A stretch of DNA of 61,568 bases from Gemmatimonadota bacterium (GTDB taxonomy: Bacteria; Gemmatimonadota; Gemmatimonadetes; Gemmatimonadales; GWC2-71-9): positions 1 to 61,568 of the forward strand of contig JBGQHV010000001.1 in NCBI GenBank assembly GCA_041498155.1, read 5' to 3'. Made by a program: the position numbers and the translations under genes. The notes beneath the pieces are model-generated. The model was not told the origin of the DNA and did no database searches. It saw nothing but the letters and a program-made list of their open reading frames with translations. This document shows positions 56,883-61,568 of this stretch, in pieces. Every line of letters starts with the position of its first letter. Position 1 is the first letter of the stretch.

Positions 56883-57022
56883 GAACGGCGACCTCCGGGA
56901 AGGGAGTGGAAATTGGGCGGCGGCAAGCGTAGCACGCGGTCCCAGTGGCCGCAAGGCGATTTGCCGAGCGCCCCCGGAGGGGTAGAATTCCCCCACCATT
57001 TCTCCAGCGAGGGTTCCTGCTT

Positions 57023-57865
57023 ATGTCGTCCCGCGCGTTCCTCATACTCGGGCTCGGCGCGTCCGCGGTGCTCGGCGCCTGCGCCAAGAAACCGGCCCCG
57101 CCGGCCGCCCAGGCGGCCGCCACCGTCTACTCCATCACCGCGACCGACTATGCGTTCGCCGCGGCCGATTCGGTCCCTGCGGGCCTCGTGACGCTCCAGC
57201 TCGTCGATGCGGGCAAGGAGCCGCATCAGGTCGTCGTGATGCGGATCGATTCCGGCAAGACGATCGCCGACGTCCAGACCATGATCGCGTCGCCCAACAT
57301 GGCGATCCCGGGCTGGATCCACTTCCCCATCGGGGTGAGCGTGATCGTGCCGGGAGACACCGGCAACGCGACCGCGGTGCTCGCCCCAGGCCACTACGCG
57401 ATGGTGTGCTTCCTCTCGAGTCCCGACGGCAAGCCGCACTTCGCGCAGGGCATGATGCGGCCGTTCGAGGTCGTCGCGTCGGCCGCGACGCCGGCCGCCG
57501 AGCCGCTGGGCGACATCAGCATCACGGAACGGGACTACACGTTCGACATCGCCGGGCCGCTGACCGCGGGTACGCATACCATCCGGGTCGAGAATGCGGG
57601 ACCGCAAGTGCACGAAGTCGCCATGAATCAGCTCGCGCCCGGAAAAACGCTGGCCGACTTCACGGCGTGGGTCCAGGGCGGCATGAAAGGTCCCCCGCCC
57701 GCCAAGCCCGTGGGCGGCGTCACCGGGCCGGATGTCGGCGGTCACCAGTTCTTCACCGCCACGCTCGCAGCCGGCAAGTACCTGCTCGTCTGCTTCGTTC
57801 CCGACAAGGGCGACGGCAAGCCGCATTTCATGCACGGGATGGTCAAGGAGTTCACCGTAACCTGA
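57023..57865 (+). CDS. Lipoprotein with two tandem cupredoxin-like domains
   Basis: ATG 57023 with lipobox LGASAVLGAC. There are two repeats: EPHQVVVM...YAMVCFLSSPDGKPHFAQGMMRPFEV and QVHEVAMN...YLLVCFVPDKGDGKPHFMHGMVKEFTV. Confidence 0.7.
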   Translation: MSSRAFLILGLGASAVLGACAKKPAPPAAQAAATVYSITATDYAFAAADSVPAGLVTLQLVDAGKEPHQVVVMRIDSGKTIADVQTMIASPNMAIPGWIHFPIGVSVIVPGDTGNATAVLAPGHYAMVCFLSSPDGKPHFAQGMMRPFEVVASAATPAAEPLGDISITERDYTFDIAGPLTAGTHTIRVENAGPQVHEVAMNQLAPGKTLADFTAWVQGGMKGPPPAKPVGGVTGPDVGGHQFFTATLAAGKYLLVCFVPDKGDGKPHFMHGMVKEFTVT

Positions 57866-57870
57866 ACGGC

Positions 57871-57916
57871 GTGGGGTGTGGGATGTGGGGTGTAGACCCC
57901 ACATCCCACACCCCAC
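57871..57916. repeat. Perfect 20-bp G/C-tract hairpin (terminator or REP-like element)
   Basis: GTGGGGTGTGGGATGTGGGG-TGTAGA-CCCCACATCCCACACCCCAC. It lies 5 nt after the cupredoxin stop and 27 nt before the PolX ATG. There is no T-tract, and a partial third arm copy (CACACCCCA) lies at about 57928-57936. Confidence 0.7.
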
Positions 57917-57943
57917 ATCCAACGCCTCACACCCCATCAGTCC

Positions 57944-59662
57944 ATGCAGAACCCCGACATCGCCCGCCTGTTCGACGAAGTCGCCGATCTCCTCGAGATC
58001 AAGGATGAGAACCCGTTCCGCGTGCGCGCCTATCGCAACGCCGCCCGGATCGTGCGCGACTTTCCGCGACCGCTCGCGGACGAGGTGCGCCGTGGCGGCG
58101 ATCTCACGGAGATCCCGGGCATCGGCGAGGACCTGGCCGAGAAGATCGCCGCCATCATCGCCACCGGAGATCTGCCGCTGCATCGGCAGCTCCGCTCGAA
58201 GCTGCCGCCGGGGCTGCTCGACCTGCTGCGCATCCCCGGCCTCGGACCCAAGCGCGTCAAGCTGCTGTACAGCAAGCTGAAAGTCCGCTCCGCCGCCGAC
58301 CTCGAAAAGGCGCTCGCAGCCGGCAAGGTCGGCAAGCTCAAGGGTTTCGGCCCCAAGATGGAGCAGAACATCCGGGCCGGACTCGGGGCCGCCCTGCACG
58401 TCGAGCGCCGTCTCCTCCTTCCCGACGCCGAGACCAACGCCCAGGCGCTGCTGGAATACCTGCGCGCCGGCGGCGGCTGCACGAACCTCGAGATCGGCGG
58501 CAGCTATCGCCGTCGCCGCGAGACGGTCGGCGACCTCGACATCCTGGCGACCGCCACCCACTCCGCGGGCGTGATCGAGCGCTTTCTCGCCTATCCGGAG
58601 GTGTCGAAGGTCGTCTCGCACGGCGAGACGCGGGTCACCGTGGTGCTGCGGGGAGGGCTGCAGGTCGATCTCCGCGTGGTCGAGCCCGCGGCCTACGGGG
58701 CCGCGCTGCTCTACTTCACCGGCTCCAAGGCCCACAACGTCGAGCTGCGCCAGATCGCCCAGGATCGCGAGTACAAGCTCAACGAGTACGGGCTGTACAA
58801 GGGCACGCGGCGCATCGCGGGCAAGACGGAGGAGGAGGTGTACGCCAAGCTGGGGCTCGACTGGATTCCGCCCGAGCTGCGCGAGGCGCGGGGTGAGATC
58901 GCCGCCGCGCGCGAGCACCGCCTGCCGACACTCGTGACCCTGGACCAGATCCGCGGCGATCTCCAGATGCACACCACCGAGAGCGACGGCGAAGCCTCAC
59001 TCGCCGAGATGGCCGAGGCGTGCCGGGCGCGCGGGTACGCGTACTGCGCGATCACCGACCACTCCAAGCGCGTGACGATGGCGCTGGGGCTCGACGCCAA
59101 GCGGTTGCGCGCGCAGTGGAAGGCGATCGACGCCTGGAACGCGGTCACCCACGGGTTCACGATCCTGAAGAGCGTCGAGCTCGACATCCTCGAAAACGGC
59201 AAGCTCGACCTCCCCGACGACGTGCTCGCGGAAGCCGACTACGTCGTCGCCTCGATCCACTACGGCATGACGCAGCGCGAGCCGGAAATCACCAAGCGGC
59301 TGCTGGGGGCGATCCGCCATCCGTCGGTCGACGCGATCGGCCACCCGACGGGCCGCCTGGTCGGCAAGCGCGAGTCGTACGCGGTGGACTTCGCGGCGGT
59401 CGCGCGGGCGGCGGCTGACGAAGGGTGCCTGCTGGAGCTCGACGGCCATCCCGAGCGGATGGATCTTCCCGACACGCTGGCGGCGGCGGCGAAGGCGGCG
59501 GGGGTGCGCTTCGTGCTCTCGACCGACAGCCACCATCCCGGGAACCTGGCGTTCATGCGCTACGCGGTGGATCTGGCGCGGCGCGCGGGGCTCGAGGCGG
59601 GCGACATCCTCAATACGCGGCCGCTGGCGGAGTTCCGGAAGGGGTTGAAGCGGGCTAGGTGA
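57944..59662 (+). CDS. polX: Family X DNA polymerase with C-terminal PHP domain
   Basis: 572 aa with an N-terminal Pol-beta-like region (NPFRVRAYRNAARIV, HhH GIGEDLAEKI / GLGPKRV, GSYRRRRETVGDLDIL). The PHP domain follows (QMHTTESDG, AITDHS, ...STDSHH). Confidence 0.9.
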   Translation: MQNPDIARLFDEVADLLEIKDENPFRVRAYRNAARIVRDFPRPLADEVRRGGDLTEIPGIGEDLAEKIAAIIATGDLPLHRQLRSKLPPGLLDLLRIPGLGPKRVKLLYSKLKVRSAADLEKALAAGKVGKLKGFGPKMEQNIRAGLGAALHVERRLLLPDAETNAQALLEYLRAGGGCTNLEIGGSYRRRRETVGDLDILATATHSAGVIERFLAYPEVSKVVSHGETRVTVVLRGGLQVDLRVVEPAAYGAALLYFTGSKAHNVELRQIAQDREYKLNEYGLYKGTRRIAGKTEEEVYAKLGLDWIPPELREARGEIAAAREHRLPTLVTLDQIRGDLQMHTTESDGEASLAEMAEACRARGYAYCAITDHSKRVTMALGLDAKRLRAQWKAIDAWNAVTHGFTILKSVELDILENGKLDLPDDVLAEADYVVASIHYGMTQREPEITKRLLGAIRHPSVDAIGHPTGRLVGKRESYAVDFAAVARAAADEGCLLELDGHPERMDLPDTLAAAAKAAGVRFVLSTDSHHPGNLAFMRYAVDLARRAGLEAGDILNTRPLAEFRKGLKRAR

Positions 59663-60284
59663 GCACCAGCGACAGCTGGGATACCGGCTCGAAGGTCAAT
59701 CGGTGGTGCCGGGTGGCCCCGAGGGCCTGCAGCGCGTCCAGGTGTTCGGGCGTCCCGTAGCCTTTGTTGTCCGCCCAGGCGTAGGCGGGATAGCGGGCGG
59801 CGAGGCGCCGCATGAGGACGTCGCGGACCGTCTTGGCGATCACCGAGGCCGCCGCGATCGACTGACAGCAGGCATCGCCATCCACGATGGCCACGTGTGC
59901 GCGGCCCAGCTCGGGGAGGGCGAGGCCGTCCACCAGGATTTCCTGCGGCACGGGTCCGAGTCGAGCCAGGGCGCGCTGCATCGCGAGAATCGTCGCGCGC
60001 CGGATGTTGAGCCGGTCGATTTCCCGCACGCTCGCCGCCCCCACCCCGACGGCGATGGCGCGGGCGCGCACCAGGAGCGCGAGCCGTTCCCGTTTGAGCG
60101 GCGGCAGGAGTTTGGAATCGCGCAGACCGCGGATCGCCTTTTGTCCCGCCGGAAACACGACGGCCGCGGCGACCACCGGTCCTGCCAGTGGGCCGCGGCC
60201 CGCCTCGTCGACTCCGGCGACGATCGTCCGCCCCGCGTTCCAGAGCGCCACTTCGCGCTCGAACGTGGGGCGGCGGCTGTTCAC
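59655..60284 (-). CDS. rnhB: Ribonuclease HII
   Basis: GTG 60284 overlaps the rplS stop (GTGA). 209 aa with [27 protein letters not shown] and [10 protein letters not shown]. Confidence 0.88.
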   Translation of the reverse strand: MNSRRPTFEREVALWNAGRTIVAGVDEAGRGPLAGPVVAAAVVFPAGQKAIRGLRDSKLLPPLKRERLALLVRARAIAVGVGAASVREIDRLNIRRATILAMQRALARLGPVPQEILVDGLALPELGRAHVAIVDGDACCQSIAAASVIAKTVRDVLMRRLAARYPAYAWADNKGYGTPEHLDALQALGATRHHRLTFEPVSQLSLVLT

Positions 60285-60676
60285 GCCTGGGGGGTCTCCG
60301 GCGTGGGCCCGGGACTGGGCTCGGCCGCAACCGCCCCGCGCTTCTCGCGGATGCGCGCGGCCTTGCCCGCCAGGCGCCGCAGGAAGTAGAGCTTGGCGCG
60401 CCGCACGCGGCCTTTGCGCACCAGCTCGATCTCCGCGATCGACGGCGCGTGCAGCGGGAAAATGCGCTCCACGCCGACGCCCGCCGAGATCTTGCGCACC
60501 GTGAAGGTCTCGTTGATCCCGCCGCCCCGGCGCGCGATGCACACGCCTTCGAACGCCTGGAGACGCTCCTTCTCGCCTTCGCGCACGCGCACCATCACCC
60601 GCACCGTGTCCCCCGGATCGAACGCGGGGAGCTTGTCCTTCAGGCCTTCCCGTTCAATTGCTCGCAGCTTCTCCAT
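60281..60676 (-). CDS. rplS: 50S ribosomal protein L19
   Basis: 131 aa with [46 protein letters not shown]. It carries a ~20-aa Pro/Ala-rich C-terminal extension. Confidence 0.95.
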   Translation of the reverse strand: MEKLRAIEREGLKDKLPAFDPGDTVRVMVRVREGEKERLQAFEGVCIARRGGGINETFTVRKISAGVGVERIFPLHAPSIAEIELVRKGRVRRAKLYFLRRLAGKAARIREKRGAVAAEPSPGPTPETPQA

Positions 60677-60697
60677 ACCCGTACCCTCTCGTGACGT

Positions 60698-61402
60698 CTA
60701 CGCGTCGCTGGCTTCCGCATCGGTCAATCGCTGCCACAGCTCGGGACGCCGCTCGCGCGTCAGCCGGCGGGCCTCCGCTTCTCGCCACGCCGCGATCTTC
60801 TCGTGATCCCCACTCAACAATACGTCGGGAACCGCCAACCCGCGATACACCGGCGGCCGCGTGTAGGACGGCGCGGCCAGCGGACCATCGTAATGTGAAT
60901 CCCCCGCCGCCGATTCATGGTCGCCCAGCGCTCCGGGGAGCAACCGGACGACGGCGTCGATCACGCACAGCGCCGCCGGCTCTCCGCCCGAAAGCACGAA
61001 GTCGCCGATGGACAGCTCCTCGGCGCCCAGGCCGTCTGCGACGCGCTGATCCACGTCCTTGTAATGCCCGCACAACAACGTCAACTCGCTCCCGACCGCG
61101 AAGCGCACGGCATCGCGATGGCCGAATGGACGGCCGCGGGCCGACAGCAGGACGATCGGCGACCCGGGCGCGGCCCCCAGGTTCTCCACCGCCTCGAAGA
61201 ACGGCTCCGGCTTGAGCACCATGCCGGCGCCGCCACCGTACGGCGCGTCATCCACCGTCTGGTGGCGGTCGTGCGTGTACTCCCGCAGCTGCACCACCCG
61301 GTAGCGCACCAGCTCGCGCGCCGCCGCCCGCCCCAGAATGCTCTCTCCCAGCGGCGCGCTGAACCAGCCGGGAAACAACGTGACCACGTTAACTGCCAGC
61401 AT
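60698..61402 (-). CDS. trmD: tRNA (guanine37-N1)-methyltransferase
   Basis: ATG 61402 (TTG 61423 is an alternative). Motifs VVTLFPGWF, HDRHQTVDDAPYGGGAGMV and SIGDFVLSGGE are present. Confidence 0.93.
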   Translation of the reverse strand: MLAVNVVTLFPGWFSAPLGESILGRAAARELVRYRVVQLREYTHDRHQTVDDAPYGGGAGMVLKPEPFFEAVENLGAAPGSPIVLLSARGRPFGHRDAVRFAVGSELTLLCGHYKDVDQRVADGLGAEELSIGDFVLSGGEPAALCVIDAVVRLLPGALGDHESAAGDSHYDGPLAAPSYTRPPVYRGLAVPDVLLSGDHEKIAAWREAEARRLTRERRPELWQRLTDAEASDA

Positions 61403-61568
61403 CGGCCTCAGGAACCGCCACAAACTGGTCCCGCCACGCTTCCACCGCGTCGCGCGACGTCACGCCCGCGAATCCCAGCAACATCTCGCGATGGTACGCC
61501 CGCCGCCGCGCTACGACGAGCGGCCCCGCGAGCACCTGCCGTCCCTCGTCGACGATCCACACCTGCGC
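61389..61568 (-). CDS. rimM: RimM-like 16S rRNA processing protein, C-terminal end of the N-terminal domain (partial, runs off window)
   Basis: The open frame from the window edge gives ...HREMLLGFAGVTSRDAVEAWRDQFVAVPEADAGS-stop. By eye this aligns to the RimM block (..[13 protein letters not shown]..L....I.V). It sits in the expected rimM-trmD-rplS order and overlaps the trmD start by 14 nt. Confidence 0.55.
   Translation of the reverse strand, partial: AQVWIVDEGRQVLAGPLVVARRRAYHREMLLGFAGVTSRDAVEAWRDQFVAVPEADAGS

Noticed and set aside
56883-57022. Cobalamin-riboswitch-like fragments in the TonB-receptor leader (minus strand: GGAGAAATGGTGGGGGAATTC ... GCGGCCACTGGGA ... CCGGAGGTCGCC just before the ATG). 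A GCCACTG also occurs upstream of the other receptor, at about 459-465.
   Set aside because: The leader is only 140 nt and is shared with a divergent gene, which is too short for a full ~200-nt B12 element. The B12-box match is loose and 1 nt short, and the receptors are Oar-like rather than BtuB-like. A cmsearch with the cobalamin model over 56850-57100 would settle it, and a significant hit would overturn this rejection.
1-61568. Searched by eye for CRISPR arrays, IS elements, transposases, integrases, toxin-antitoxin pairs and known defence-system genes.
   Set aside because: I found no regularly spaced direct repeats, no DDE- or tyrosine-recombinase-like ORFs and no recognisable defence domains. 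The only mobile-element trace is the tRNA-Lys 3' repeat, reported as a finding.

Overview
This is a 61.6 kb, very GC-rich (about 70% by eye) bacterial chromosome segment, densely coded on both strands. The gene content (ADOP-type duplicated FtsX permease, Oar-like TonB receptors, beta-propeller hybrid kinases) suggests a Gemmatimonadota- or Acidobacteriota-like organism, but that is inference only. Most genes are housekeeping or core metabolism: maeB-pckA, a uvrA-family gene, holB-moaC, ilvE, citrate synthase, sdhCAB, PolX, and rimM'-trmD-rplS-rnhB. There are two tRNAs, Asn-GTT and Lys-TTT. I saw no CRISPR array, transposase, integrase or recognisable phage-defence gene. Findings, strongest first: (1) Four exact copies of GGAAT-N18-GTCT form two back-to-back promoter-like pairs on either side of an ECF sigma/anti-sigma operon. 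They point at the sigma gene, a cupredoxin-fusion/cupredoxin operon, a 4-TM membrane protein and an unannotated 76-codon ORF, which predicts a compact ECF regulon, possibly copper or redox related. (2) Three tandem paralogous lipoproteins share a conserved Cys-bounded acidic loop and a C-terminal D-x-[DN]-x-D-G-x-x-D tail that is His-rich in two copies. (3) Three small, tightly coupled unknown ORFs are translationally linked to a LysM lytic transglycosylase. (4) A 36-nt copy of the tRNA-Lys 3' end lies 712 nt from the intact gene, like an att scar, and a decayed oxidoreductase pseudogene sits beside the tRNA. (5) A perfect 20-bp G-rich hairpin, a ~40% GC island upstream of holB, two 12-bp palindromes built from the same GCAATA half-site, a kinase-less triple-FHA/PP2C module, and a rimM that appears to lack its PRC-barrel domain. 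All family calls come from motifs read by eye. No database search was run.
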